From the NCBI RefSeq assembly GCF_000025945.1, contig NC_006139.1, positions 1-32,000 of the forward strand: DNA of 32,000 bases, in the 5' to 3' direction. Within the stretch, counting starts at the first letter, position 1; each line of letters starts with the position of its first letter. Both the position numbers and the translations under genes were made by a program. The notes under the pieces were generated by a model that saw only the letters and a program-made list of their open reading frames with translations, made no database searches and was not told the DNA's origin. Positions 8,746 to 18,036 of the stretch are shown here, in pieces. The stretch is from Desulfotalea psychrophila LSv54. GTDB taxonomy: Bacteria > Desulfobacterota > Desulfobulbia > Desulfobulbales > Desulfocapsaceae.

Positions 8746-9126
8746 ATGAAAAGCTTACCAAATATTTCCAAAGAATTATTTAGAAAATATATAGAATATG
8801 CTTCAAGTGATGAGGCTCTAGCGGTTCTCTTTGTAAAAAAGGAATTGAAAAAGTCTGCTGGCCATTGGATAGATATTGTGGATTATGAGTCTTACCACGA
8901 TATTTGTTACGAAGATTTGGAGTTTAAATCTGTTGTATGCGGTCTTTTCAAAAGAGCAATCAAACCAAACTATCCACCGAAAAACCATTTTGTTGTAAAC
9001 GGTAAATTTGATGAAGATATTTACTATAAATCAATACGAGCTATAACTTGGGAAACAGCACAGAAAGACATCCGGCAACAAAAAACAAGGGTGTCAAGGG
9101 AGTCAATTATGAAATACGAGGTGTGA
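8746..9126 (+). CDS. Hypothetical protein
   Basis: 126-aa ORF 'MKSLPNISKELFRKYIEYASSDEALAVLFVKKELKKS...' inside the tRNA-fragment-bounded island. Confidence 0.5.
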   Translation: MKSLPNISKELFRKYIEYASSDEALAVLFVKKELKKSAGHWIDIVDYESYHDICYEDLEFKSVVCGLFKRAIKPNYPPKNHFVVNGKFDEDIYYKSIRAITWETAQKDIRQQKTRVSRESIMKYEV

Positions 9127-9314
9127 AATACAATAAAAATCGCGGAAAATTCATTAAACAACCGCCATGGCTGGATAGTCCTGCTTGGAAAGACGTAGAT
9201 ATTCATTCGTTGAGGGGTGCCGATCGTGCTTATGTGCAGCAGTTTTTCGCGCCACCAGACTGGCGTTATGAAATCAAATATATAAAAAGGTTATCTAACG
9301 CTGGATTCAAGTAA
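9048..9314 (+). CDS. Hypothetical protein, possibly a frameshifted or overlapping continuation
   Basis: 88-aa ORF overlapping the preceding ORF by 79 nt. Confidence 0.35.
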   Translation: MGNSTERHPATKNKGVKGVNYEIRGVKYNKNRGKFIKQPPWLDSPAWKDVDIHSLRGADRAYVQQFFAPPDWRYEIKYIKRLSNAGFK

Positions 9315-9514
9315 TAAGTGCAACACTCCTGTCAGTAAGTACTCACATAGTAAAGCAGTAGGGTGTAGAGAGTAGGAAGGCGAAACTTAGGCTGGCTTAG
9401 GGCGCAGAACCCCTATCGTTTGTTTGGCGTGCGAGGAAGATTTGCAGAGAGGGTGAGAAGATCCAGATAAAACCTTTATTCTCAAACACGACCGGACATT
9501 GACCGGAAACAAAA

Positions 9515-9549
9515 AAAGGCACTTACAGGAAAATCCCATAAGTGCCTTT
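9515..9549 (-). terminator. Terminator downstream of tRNA-Ala fragment
   Basis: 11-bp perfect stem AAAGGCACTTA / TAAGTGCCTTT. Minus-strand T tract from AAAAAAA at 9511-9517. Confidence 0.75.
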
Positions 9550-9556
9550 GCAATGG

Positions 9557-9605
9557 TGGTGGAGGTAAGCGGGATCGAACCGCTGACCTCTTGACTGCCA
9601 GTCAA
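9557..9605 (-). tRNA. Truncated tRNA-Ala(GGC), 3' half only
   Basis: Minus strand TTGACTGGCAGTCAAGAGGTCAGCGGTTCGATCCCGCTTACCTCCACCA: anticodon stem-loop with GGC, T-arm, acceptor 3' side and CCA. No D-arm upstream. Confidence 0.65.
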
Positions 9606-9789
9606 CAAACCTTACTCATATGTTCAGTCATCTTCAGTCTCTGACTGATTTAGAGCAAAATTCCCCTTTGCGAGAATTTTGGGGTGAGGTGGTGGGATGG
9701 AGTCCCAGTGACCTGGTGCCTCCATTATGATGATCTTGACCCTGTCACACAGGGCTGTTGTCTATCTTGCCACTAGAGGGCATCACGGC

Positions 9790-10035
9790 CGTGCCACTGG
9801 CCTGAGCAACTACATTCGCCAAAGCACAAGGTTCTAATGTCAAGTTGGATCCACGAGCGCACCATCAATATCATAATCATCTGGTCTACCAGGGCCCCTT
9901 CAACAGCCAAACAAAGAACAACATGATCTAATGATGGGGTATTCCATTCTTATGCCAGTCTACACATGTTGTCTGCTGAACATCCATGTCCGCATTCCTA
10001 ACACTGTGCCCAGCCTTTTTAAAAAAATTAAGAGT
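9790..10035 (-). pseudogene. Decayed 5' portion of a second parA
   Basis: Nucleotide similarity to the complement strand of 3830-4100 (e.g. GCAACAT...CAAAGCACAAggTTCTAATGTCAAgtTGGATCCACG, TGCCAGTCTACACATGTTGT). No intact ORF. Confidence 0.7.
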
Positions 10036-10043
10036 TTTATTTG

Positions 10044-10122
10044 CAAACATAATCACAAACATATTTTTTGTTTGAATATATGTTTGAACATATGTTTGTC
10101 TTTTAGTTTGTAACTATGTTTG
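10044..10122. promoter_or_regulatory. Second CAAACAT/ATGTTTG box cluster
   Basis: CAAACAT at 10044 and 10056; ATGTTTG at 10080, 10092 and 10116. Starts are separated by multiples of 12 bp. Confidence 0.5.
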
Positions 10123-10514
10123 TTTTTCTAGCTTTCACATTTGTTACCGCTACAGATTTATGACAAAAAGTTCTACTCCAGGACTTGGATTAGAACAGTG
10201 ATGCATTGCCAGTCGACATATTAAATATCTACTGCACAAGCGGGAAGCGGGGAGTTAATCAAGGTTTTGCCCAGACAATAACAGACATGAATGTTTCGGC
10301 AAAAAAGGACAAAGCCCACCAATGTGATCACCGGTGGGCTTTGGAAATTATTAACAAGGAAACTCACAGAAATAGGGGCCACTTCGAGCCGGCGCCAAAC
10401 TAACAGCAAGCACCGATTAAGCAGCAACAAGAGGGTTAAGCGGGGTGCCAAGCACGAACGCCCCGCCACCTCTTTCTTATTGGAAATAACAAGACAACAG
10501 CTGGCTGGTATCCT

Positions 10515-10748
10515 TCAGAAATCACTAGGCAACTTCTTTTTTTTAATCAAATCCCGCTTGTAAACAGAGATCGCCTCATTATAGAAATTGCGCGCTATGA
10601 TTTTTGGATCCAGGCCCTCTCGATTAGTATTTAGATGCTTCATGATCCTGCCAACCTCTTTCACTGTAATATTGTACAAACAAGCTGAATAATATTTACA
10701 ATCCCAATCACTTAACTCTGCTTTTTCATCAACCACATTCTTCACCAC
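10515..10748 (-). CDS. Small partition-partner paralog
   Basis: 77 aa. 'HLNTNREGLDPKIIARNFYNEAISVYKRDLIKKKKLPSDF' aligns with 'YLNDNREGLDPKLTEKVLFEDMKNAYLKELVRAKRVPKDF' of ORF 3109-3528. Confidence 0.55.
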   Translation of the reverse strand: MVKNVVDEKAELSDWDCKYYSACLYNITVKEVGRIMKHLNTNREGLDPKIIARNFYNEAISVYKRDLIKKKKLPSDF

Positions 10749-10758
10749 AAAACCTCTT

Positions 10759-11037
10759 CTACATATTATTGCTGCCTACCGAAACGCTAAGGTCACCCAA
10801 CAGCCCTCTAATCAATCCAAGCACAACAAGTCCAAACAAATAAACCAGAGCAAAAAAAACGAACTTCAATTGCCCATCATCCACAAAAAAACTAATTATC
10901 CCGCAACCCCAAAAACCAATCGTCGCCAAGCCAATTGCAAGGCTAAGAATAAAGTCTATTGGGGCCTTAAAAGCCACCAATAAATAACAAAATAACATCT
11001 TCACAATAAAGCCTCCATTACTTATAACTAATTGCAT
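10759..11037 (-). CDS. Hypothetical membrane protein
   Basis: 92-aa ORF with several strongly hydrophobic segments. Confidence 0.4.
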   Translation of the reverse strand: MQLVISNGGFIVKMLFCYLLVAFKAPIDFILSLAIGLATIGFWGCGIISFFVDDGQLKFVFFALVYLFGLVVLGLIRGLLGDLSVSVGSNNM

Positions 11038-11149
11038 TTATTTACTACATGCAACCTCTTTTGTCTATTGTTTTATGATTTATTTTATAACTTATTTTAG
11101 GACTTCTTCTATAACATATTTTATGATTTTTCCCATGTCAGCTAACACA

Positions 11150-11400
11150 AAGAACCCCCGAAAAAATCGGGCCAAGAGAAGCTTTTTTAATGCCAGACAC
11201 GACTGCAAATAGTACCTACTTTCAACAGACTATAAGCTACGTACCTAGTTTAACTAGGTTATATTATGCTTGCTGAATGCTATCCCCTCTTGTAGATTAG
11301 CCCGCCGTTAATGGTGAGTTTTTTGTGCCCTGCAAACTCACCCGAAAGCCTCGTTAGGAACCTAACAACAAAAGAGAATCACCTTACTCGGCACTAAAAA
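11150..11400. promoter_or_regulatory. Candidate oriT region
   Basis: Non-coding gap upstream of traK. 9-bp inverted repeat GGTGAGTTT (11313-11321) / AAACTCACC (11334-11342). Position matches oriT in the IncP layout. Confidence 0.3.
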
Positions 11401-11414
11401 CATCTTCCAACGCT

Positions 11415-11762
11415 ATGCCCATAAAAGTGAAAAACTCAAAACTAAAACCACGAGGCACTTGTCGCATTGAACTTATGGCGGTCAAAGAAGAGGTCTTCAA
11501 TCTTATTGAAATTGGATATTCCAAAAAAGCTATCCATGAATATCTGACGGAGCAAAAGCAAATAAGCATGTCCTTCACATCATTTGTTACCTTGATTCGC
11601 AATGTGGACAGCCCAAACCCTTTTTCTCGAAAGAAGAAAGCAACAAAGACAACAACTAAAAAAGATGTTGCCACCGACTCAAAAAATGAAGGGCCAATTA
11701 TATGTAGCATACCACGTAAATCAACAATGCAACATTCTAACACTGCATATTCAAACGACTAA
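11415..11762 (+). CDS. traK: TraK-like oriT-associated DNA-binding protein
   Basis: 115 aa basic ORF immediately upstream of a TraL-like ATPase and a TraM-like ORF. Confidence 0.5.
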   Translation: MPIKVKNSKLKPRGTCRIELMAVKEEVFNLIEIGYSKKAIHEYLTEQKQISMSFTSFVTLIRNVDSPNPFSRKKKATKTTTKKDVATDSKNEGPIICSIPRKSTMQHSNTAYSND

Positions 11763-11779
11763 AAGGGAGACGATAACTA

Positions 11780-12490
11780 ATGGCTATAATTAATTTGATC
11801 TTACAAGGTAAGGGTGGGGTAGGTAAAACTTTTGTTGCAAGCCTTATGGCACAATTTCTAAAGGAACAAGACACGCCTACATATTGTTTTGACTCCGACC
11901 CTGTGAATGCAAGTTTTGCTGCTTACCAAGGACTTGCTGTGGAGTTAGTAGATATTATGGACGGAGATAGTATCAACACCAGGCGTTTTGACTCTTTAAT
12001 AGAAAAACTTGTTGAATTACCAGGAGACTGCCAAGCTATAATCGACAACGGCGCTTCAACATTTATTCCACTAGGATCTTATATCGCCGAAAATAATGTT
12101 CCTGATCTGTTAAAAGAATATGGGCATGAACTACGCCTGCACACTGTCGTAACTGGAGGGCAGGCAGAGGGCGACACCTTACAGGGCCTTCAAACCTTAC
12201 TCTCTACTTTTGATAACAAAATAACCGTATGGGAGAACCCATTCTTCGGAAACATTGATTTTGCATCAAGCGACTTATTCAAAACAAACAAAAGCCGTTT
12301 TGAACGTCTTATACAAATACCAAAGCATAAGAAAGAAACATACGGCGCAGATATCGAAATGATGCTTGCAAAAAAACTAACTTTTGCTGAGGCGGTTAAT
12401 GGCGAACATGCTTTTAACCTAATGGCACGCCAAAGAATTAAAATAGCTCACAAAGAACTTTTCAGCTTGCTTGAGCTAGCGGGACTCTAG
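11780..12490 (+). CDS. traL: TraL-like ParA-fold ATPase
   Basis: 236 aa. 'LILQGKGGVGKTFVASLMAQFLKEQ', 'FDSDPVNASFAAYQGL'. Conjugation-operon context. Confidence 0.75.
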   Translation: MAIINLILQGKGGVGKTFVASLMAQFLKEQDTPTYCFDSDPVNASFAAYQGLAVELVDIMDGDSINTRRFDSLIEKLVELPGDCQAIIDNGASTFIPLGSYIAENNVPDLLKEYGHELRLHTVVTGGQAEGDTLQGLQTLLSTFDNKITVWENPFFGNIDFASSDLFKTNKSRFERLIQIPKHKKETYGADIEMMLAKKLTFAEAVNGEHAFNLMARQRIKIAHKELFSLLELAGL

Positions 12491-12871
12491 ATGGCTACGG
12501 CAAAGGAATCTACAGAGGTCGAGAACTTACAAGAAGACGAGTTCAAAGCTCTTAGCAAGGAAAAGGCCCGAAAGATTATTGCAGAGCAAAACAACCTAAC
12601 CTTGTCTGAAGACGACCCAATCCTTGCACTTGTAACTCTTCATGGCGCTTTCATTGAAGACCACAAAGAACTTTTAAAAGGCGAAATTGAGACTATCAAA
12701 ACAGCCCTCAGAAGCACCATAAGCGAATCGCTAGAGCATATCCAAATAGATTCAAAAAAAAAGGAAGCCAGCAGCGAAGCCACAAAAAAATATGATTTGA
12801 ATAACATTCTTACAAGCTCTGCTATCAGTTTCACCTTTGGCTTGTTTTTGACTCTATTAATAATGAAATGA
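12491..12871 (+). CDS. traM: TraM-like conjugal transfer protein
   Basis: 126 aa with C-terminal transmembrane segment, abutting traL and upstream of trbB. Confidence 0.55.
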   Translation: MATAKESTEVENLQEDEFKALSKEKARKIIAEQNNLTLSEDDPILALVTLHGAFIEDHKELLKGEIETIKTALRSTISESLEHIQIDSKKKEASSEATKKYDLNNILTSSAISFTFGLFLTLLIMK

Positions 12872-12878
12872 CCATTAC

Positions 12879-13820
12879 ATGCTTGATTCCAATATTTTAA
12901 ATAGCCTACGCCATAATATGGGCCAAACCATTATGGCTGCCCTGGACGATAACGATGTGATGGAGATAATGCTCAATGGTGATTCGACTCTATGGGTCGA
13001 TACATTCAGCAGAGGCCAATATTGTACGGGCAAGGTCGATCCCATAAAAGCTAAGGGAATCATCAGCATGGTGGCCTCCCTCCTTGGAACCACAGTAACA
13101 AAAGACAGCCCAATAGTTGAAGGGGAGCTCCCCCTAGACGGATCTCGCTTTGAAGGTTTGTTCCCTCCTGTTGTTGAAAACCCTGTTTTCACGATAAGGA
13201 AAAAAGCTCTCAAAGTCTTCACCCTAGATGATTATGTCGACAACAATATAATGTCAGAAAAAGCCAGAGATCACATACATCAAGCTGTGGATTCAAAACA
13301 AAATATTTTAGTTGTTGGCGGCACTGGTTCAGGCAAAACAACTTTATGCAACGCTGTACTAGCTGAAATATCTACTAGATGCCCTGATGACAGGTTGATC
13401 ATCATCGAAGACACAGCAGAGTTACAGTGCAAATGTAAAAATAAAGTCATTTTAAGAACAGCTCCTACGACAACTATGCAACATCTGCTGAAGGCTACCA
13501 TGCGTCTTAGGCCAGACAGAATAATTGTTGGAGAAGTCAGAGGTGGCGAAGCTTTGGATTTACTTAAGGCATGGAACACAGGCCATCCGGGGGGCCTGTG
13601 TACGGTACATGCAAATGATAGCAAAGGAGGATTGATAAGAATTGAACAATTAATAGCAGAGGTATCAAAATCACCTATGCAGGTACTCATCAAAGAGGCT
13701 ATCAACCTGGTTATTTTCATCAAGAAAACACCTCAAGGAAGAAAGGTCAAAGAGGTTGCTAAAGTTACCAATATTGCTGACGGAAACTATAACCTCGAAT
13801 ACATTATAAAAGATAACTAA
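12879..13820 (+). CDS. trbB: TrbB/VirB11 ATPase
   Basis: 313 aa. 'ILVVGGTGSGKTTLCNAVL', 'DDRLIIIEDTAELQ', 'RLRPDRIIVGEVRGGEALDLLKAWNTGHPGGLCTVHA'. Confidence 0.95.
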   Translation: MLDSNILNSLRHNMGQTIMAALDDNDVMEIMLNGDSTLWVDTFSRGQYCTGKVDPIKAKGIISMVASLLGTTVTKDSPIVEGELPLDGSRFEGLFPPVVENPVFTIRKKALKVFTLDDYVDNNIMSEKARDHIHQAVDSKQNILVVGGTGSGKTTLCNAVLAEISTRCPDDRLIIIEDTAELQCKCKNKVILRTAPTTTMQHLLKATMRLRPDRIIVGEVRGGEALDLLKAWNTGHPGGLCTVHANDSKGGLIRIEQLIAEVSKSPMQVLIKEAINLVIFIKKTPQGRKVKEVAKVTNIADGNYNLEYIIKDN

Positions 13821-13829
13821 AAGGCAAAA

Positions 13830-14156
13830 ATGTTCTCATTAAACAAAACCACTTTATTCACATCAGTTAGCATACTTCTTCTTTTAATGGCTTGCCCAGC
13901 TTTTGCATCAGAAATTGTCGAATTTTCATCACCAATAGAAAAAGTTATGGGTACTATCACGGGCCCCACTGGAAAACTAATATCAATCCTTATGATGGCT
14001 ATATGTGGTGTTACATACTGGATCAGAAAAGATGATTTGGAAGGTGGTTTCAAGATGCTGCTAGGAGTTGTTTTTGCTATTTCGTTTATCGCTTTCGCAG
14101 GTTCAATCGTAGACAACGTCTTTTCAGGACAGTTTACAGCAGGGGCGCTTATATAA
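13830..14156 (+). CDS. trbC: TrbC/VirB2 pilin
   Basis: 108 aa with signal peptide ending 'ACPAFASEIVEFSSPIEKVMGTITGPTGKLISILMMAICG', position after trbB. Confidence 0.8.
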   Translation: MFSLNKTTLFTSVSILLLLMACPAFASEIVEFSSPIEKVMGTITGPTGKLISILMMAICGVTYWIRKDDLEGGFKMLLGVVFAISFIAFAGSIVDNVFSGQFTAGALI

Positions 14157-16871
14157 ATGAGATGTGATATTCCCATCAGGCAGAGTCTCCATCGAGCAGA
14201 CTTAACACTAGGCGCTGAATCTGACCTTGTTTTTTTTACAGCTTTGCTTTCTTTTCTGGTCGCTTTTTCTGGCCCGACAAAGCTGTCTGTTGCCAGTGGC
14301 ATATTTTTTTGGATGTCGATGATAGTCCTTTTGCGGTTTATCGCTAAAAAAGACCCCATCATGTCTAAAATCTGGCGCAAGCATATAAATCAACAGAATT
14401 TTTACCCTGCAAAAACTTGCTTAACAGATAAGGCTCGCGCAATGTCATACAAAGACCACACAACAGTTAAAAACAAATCGTTTGCCAATCTTTTGCAATA
14501 CTGCGCTTGCGTCGACGATGGCATTATCCTCAACAAGGATGGCTCATTTTTAGCTGGATGGGAATATCAATCAATCGATACTGCGAGTTCAACAAACAAC
14601 GAACTCGCCAGCCTAACTGCGTTTTTCAATAATGGCGTTAAAACCCTCGGTGATGGCTGGACGATACACGTTGACGCAGTGAGAATAAAAGCCGACTTTT
14701 ACCCTCCAAGGTCAGCAAGCCACTTCCCCGATCTCGTTACCGAGGCCATCGAGGAGGAGAGACGAGAAATTTTTGAAAGCGGGATACACTATGAGACTAA
14801 GCACGTTATTTTTGTTACCTACAAACCAAACCTAACAACTGAAAAACTCTCAAGTTTTGCGTATAAAAAACAACTCCAAGAAAAAGGCAACAAAGCGGGC
14901 AGGGAATCTTTAAAGGCCCTCTCCTTTTTCCAAAACGCTTTGAACGAAATTGAGGATGTTCTATCAACCGCAGTCCGTTTGACACGATTACTTGATTACA
15001 CGACAGAAGACGAAACAGGCACAGAACACATCTATTCAAAACTACTGAGCCACATACAGTTCTCAGTCACAGGGGTTGAACAACCTATCAAATTACCAAC
15101 CGTTCCGATGTACCTGGATACGACTATAGGTAGTCAAGATTTAGTCGGTGGCCTAGTTCCTAAAATTGGTGAGAACCACCTTGCTGTGATCGGAATCGAT
15201 GGCTTCCCACAGGATAGCTATCCTATGATTTTTAACGTGTTAGACAGTTTATCTATATCATATCGGTTTAACTCTCGTTTCATCTGTATGGATCAGTATA
15301 CCGCTCAAACAACACTCAACAAATATCGTGCAACCTGGGCGCAAAAGATCATCAATCCTTTGGATAAAATTTTCAACAAGGCCAACCCAAAGGTCAACCG
15401 TGACGCTAGTGTCATGGCGAGTGACACCGAAGAGGCTTTACACGACGAACAAGCAGGTTTTGTTTCTCACGGATTTTATTCTGCAAATATCATCATCAGC
15501 AACGAGAACCAGGAACAACTTGAAGACGCTTGCAGAGAAATCAGACGATCTTTACAGGGAATAGGTTTTGGGTGTAGGCGAGAAACAATTAACTGCCTGG
15601 AAGCGTGGCTCGGAAGCCATCCTGGCAACAGTTATTCAAACATTCGCCAAGTTTTAATCAATACCCTTAACTTGTCGCATCTACTGCCATTATCATCAAT
15701 TTGGACAGGTCACACCTACAACCCTAGTCCATTTTTCCCTGTTAATTCGCCCCCCCTGCTATACGCAGCGACCAATGGTTCAACACCGTTCCGCCTAAAT
15801 TTACACGTTGGTGATCTCGGTCATACGCTTATTTTTGGCCCTACTGGTAGCGGCAAATCCACCTTGTTATCAACTCTTTGCGCTCAATTCCGACGATACG
15901 CTAATTCCAATATTTTTATTTTTGACAAAGGGATGTCGATGTATCCATTGGTTAGTGCGGCAGAGGGCACCCACTACAATATTGGTGCAGATGATTCCAC
16001 CCTGGCTTTTTGTCCATTACAACATGTCTCAACACCAGCAAGCGAAGCCTGGGCCTGTGAGTATATAGAACAGCTCGTCACCATGCAGGGGGTTACAGTA
16101 AAGCCAAACCACAGGATAGCTATACACGACGCTATACAACAAATTAGTAGCAGCCCTGAAAACATGCGTTCGTTGAGCAATCTTTTCCATTATATCCAGG
16201 AGCCAGAACTAAAAGAGGCTCTTGTACATTATACCAACAATGGCCCTATGGGCCGACTCCTGGACGCTGAAAGTGATAATATTTCTATGTCCAATTTCAC
16301 GGTTTTCGAAATGGAAGAATTAATGAATATGGGGGAAGAAAATTTAATTCCCGTATTACTCTATCTCTTTCATTTAATTGAAAAGTCTTTTAAAGGGCAA
16401 CCATCAATTTTGGTACTAGATGAAGCATGGATAATGTTTAGTCATCCTGTTTTTAGAAAAAAAATAAGGGAATGGCTAAAAGTTCTACGGAAGGCAAATT
16501 GTGCAGTAATTATGGCAACACAAAGTTTATCAGATGCCAAATCTTCTGGAATTATGGATGTTTTAAACGAATCTTGTCAGACAAAGATTTATTTACCTAA
16601 TATCACCGCAACCAATGAAACAGAGGCTGCTATGTATTATGGATTAGGACTAAACACTAGACAAATAGAAATAATAGCAACGGCTCGGCCCAAAAGGGAA
16701 TACTATATTGTTAGCCCTGAGGGGAGAAGATTGATAAACCTATCACTTGGCCCTGTTGCTCTTTCTTTTGCTGGAGCATCTAGCAAAGAAGATATAAAAG
16801 AGATAAAAGAATTAGAGAAAGAGCATGGTCATGTTTGGCCTAAAGCTTGGCTCAAAAAGAGAAATATATAA
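14157..16871 (+). CDS. trbE: TrbD-TrbE (VirB3-VirB4) fusion ATPase
   Basis: 904 aa. N-terminal 'IPIRQSLHRADLTLGAESD...' (TrbD/VirB3-like). Walker A 'LIFGPTGSGKSTLL', Walker B 'SILVLDEAWIMF'. Confidence 0.9.
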   Translation: MRCDIPIRQSLHRADLTLGAESDLVFFTALLSFLVAFSGPTKLSVASGIFFWMSMIVLLRFIAKKDPIMSKIWRKHINQQNFYPAKTCLTDKARAMSYKDHTTVKNKSFANLLQYCACVDDGIILNKDGSFLAGWEYQSIDTASSTNNELASLTAFFNNGVKTLGDGWTIHVDAVRIKADFYPPRSASHFPDLVTEAIEEERREIFESGIHYETKHVIFVTYKPNLTTEKLSSFAYKKQLQEKGNKAGRESLKALSFFQNALNEIEDVLSTAVRLTRLLDYTTEDETGTEHIYSKLLSHIQFSVTGVEQPIKLPTVPMYLDTTIGSQDLVGGLVPKIGENHLAVIGIDGFPQDSYPMIFNVLDSLSISYRFNSRFICMDQYTAQTTLNKYRATWAQKIINPLDKIFNKANPKVNRDASVMASDTEEALHDEQAGFVSHGFYSANIIISNENQEQLEDACREIRRSLQGIGFGCRRETINCLEAWLGSHPGNSYSNIRQVLINTLNLSHLLPLSSIWTGHTYNPSPFFPVNSPPLLYAATNGSTPFRLNLHVGDLGHTLIFGPTGSGKSTLLSTLCAQFRRYANSNIFIFDKGMSMYPLVSAAEGTHYNIGADDSTLAFCPLQHVSTPASEAWACEYIEQLVTMQGVTVKPNHRIAIHDAIQQISSSPENMRSLSNLFHYIQEPELKEALVHYTNNGPMGRLLDAESDNISMSNFTVFEMEELMNMGEENLIPVLLYLFHLIEKSFKGQPSILVLDEAWIMFSHPVFRKKIREWLKVLRKANCAVIMATQSLSDAKSSGIMDVLNESCQTKIYLPNITATNETEAAMYYGLGLNTRQIEIIATARPKREYYIVSPEGRRLINLSLGPVALSFAGASSKEDIKEIKELEKEHGHVWPKAWLKKRNI

Positions 16872-16875
16872 CACC

Positions 16876-17688
16876 ATGAAAAAAATATACTCATTATTAA
16901 TTATAGTTTGTTTAATCACCACCATCATTGCCAAACAAGACGCAAAGGCTGGTATCCCTGTAACATGCATTAATTGCTCAAACATGTTTACCCAAATATT
17001 AGAATATGCAAATGACATAGAATCTTTGATGGAAGGCATAAAACGGTATGAGGAACTAGCCACACATACCACCCAAAATTATAATAAAATTTCGGGCGAT
17101 ATTAAACGTTATGAAAATATGTTGAAAAACACCAAAAGCTTACCTGACAATATGAATACCAAACTTGCAATAAAACTTAAATATCTCACAAATGATATCA
17201 AAAGTACTGGTGTTAGATACGCTGACTTTGCGGCTCTCCAGGATATTTTTTCCCAATTATACCCGGATTACCAAAGTGTTGCCAAATCAATTAACCCTAA
17301 TTTGTCATCTAAATTAACAAGGAAGTACACAGAAGACCACTATGACACATGGGCCAAGGAAGCCCAAAGTGTTACAGGCAAAGCATTTAGCATGAGCGGT
17401 GATCAACTAAATGACTTGGTCGAGAGTGGGGGCTTTGAAGATGCTGTCAATGACTTAATCTCAACACCTGAAGGGCAAAAAGAGGCACTAGATGCATCCA
17501 ACCAACTTGCCGCCATGCAACTGGAAGAGGCCAGGAATCTAAGGGCCTTACTAGCAGTAAGTATACAAGCACAACAACAGGTTGCCCAAAAGCAACAAGG
17601 CATTGAATACATCCAGGAACAACAGAGCAGAAATTTTTGGGAGACAAGGGAGCCAACCCAAACCCTGAACTTACCTCATGGCTGGTAA
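16876..17688 (+). CDS. trbJ: TrbJ/VirB5-like periplasmic protein
   Basis: Signal peptide from internal Met at 16876, 'GIPVTCINCSNMFTQILEYANDIESL', Gln-rich C-terminus. Confidence 0.75.
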   Translation: MKKIYSLLIIVCLITTIIAKQDAKAGIPVTCINCSNMFTQILEYANDIESLMEGIKRYEELATHTTQNYNKISGDIKRYENMLKNTKSLPDNMNTKLAIKLKYLTNDIKSTGVRYADFAALQDIFSQLYPDYQSVAKSINPNLSSKLTRKYTEDHYDTWAKEAQSVTGKAFSMSGDQLNDLVESGGFEDAVNDLISTPEGQKEALDASNQLAAMQLEEARNLRALLAVSIQAQQQVAQKQQGIEYIQEQQSRNFWETREPTQTLNLPHGW

Positions 17689-17706
17689 TGATATCCAAAG
17701 CAATTC

Positions 17707-18036
17707 TTAATGAACTGCTTTGGATAACGGATCATGTTTTGTTGATAGCATTTTTTGCATAGCTCGTTCATTACCGCTAATATATTTACCATAAGATTTG
17801 GATACATCAATTATGTTATTATCTAATCGTTGCCCTTTGGCAATCAGCTCAGGGGTCAGTAAAAGCTTGCCATTAGCCACCCTAAGCTTCCCCGCCTCTT
17901 CGAAAATTTCATTAAAAAGAGCTAATTGTGTATCTACAACTTTAGAATATGCCCCTACACGATCACTTACCTCTTCTTCTGGTTTACAGCCTACCACACA
18001 TAGTAAAAGAACAGAGAACAATGCTATTAATTTCAA
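17707..18036 (-). CDS. Small lipoprotein, entry-exclusion (TrbK/Eex)-like candidate, antisense to the operon
   Basis: 109 aa, TTG start, signal peptide and lipobox 'IALFSVLLLCVVGCKPEEE'. Confidence 0.55.
   Translation of the reverse strand: MKLIALFSVLLLCVVGCKPEEEVSDRVGAYSKVVDTQLALFNEIFEEAGKLRVANGKLLLTPELIAKGQRLDNNIIDVSKSYGKYISGNERAMQKMLSTKHDPLSKAVH

Noticed and set aside
9387-9608. 73-aa ORF overlapping the tRNA-Ala fragment.
   Set aside because: Antisense to tRNA and terminator sequence; a spurious ORF.
11384-11743. 119-aa minus-strand ORF.
   Set aside because: Antisense to the traK-like ORF, which fits the operon better.
12875-13723. Minus-strand ORFs of 115 and 147 aa.
   Set aside because: Antisense shadows of the well-supported trbB gene.
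13817-14380. 187-aa minus-strand ORF.
   Set aside because: Antisense to trbC and the start of trbDE; no independent features.
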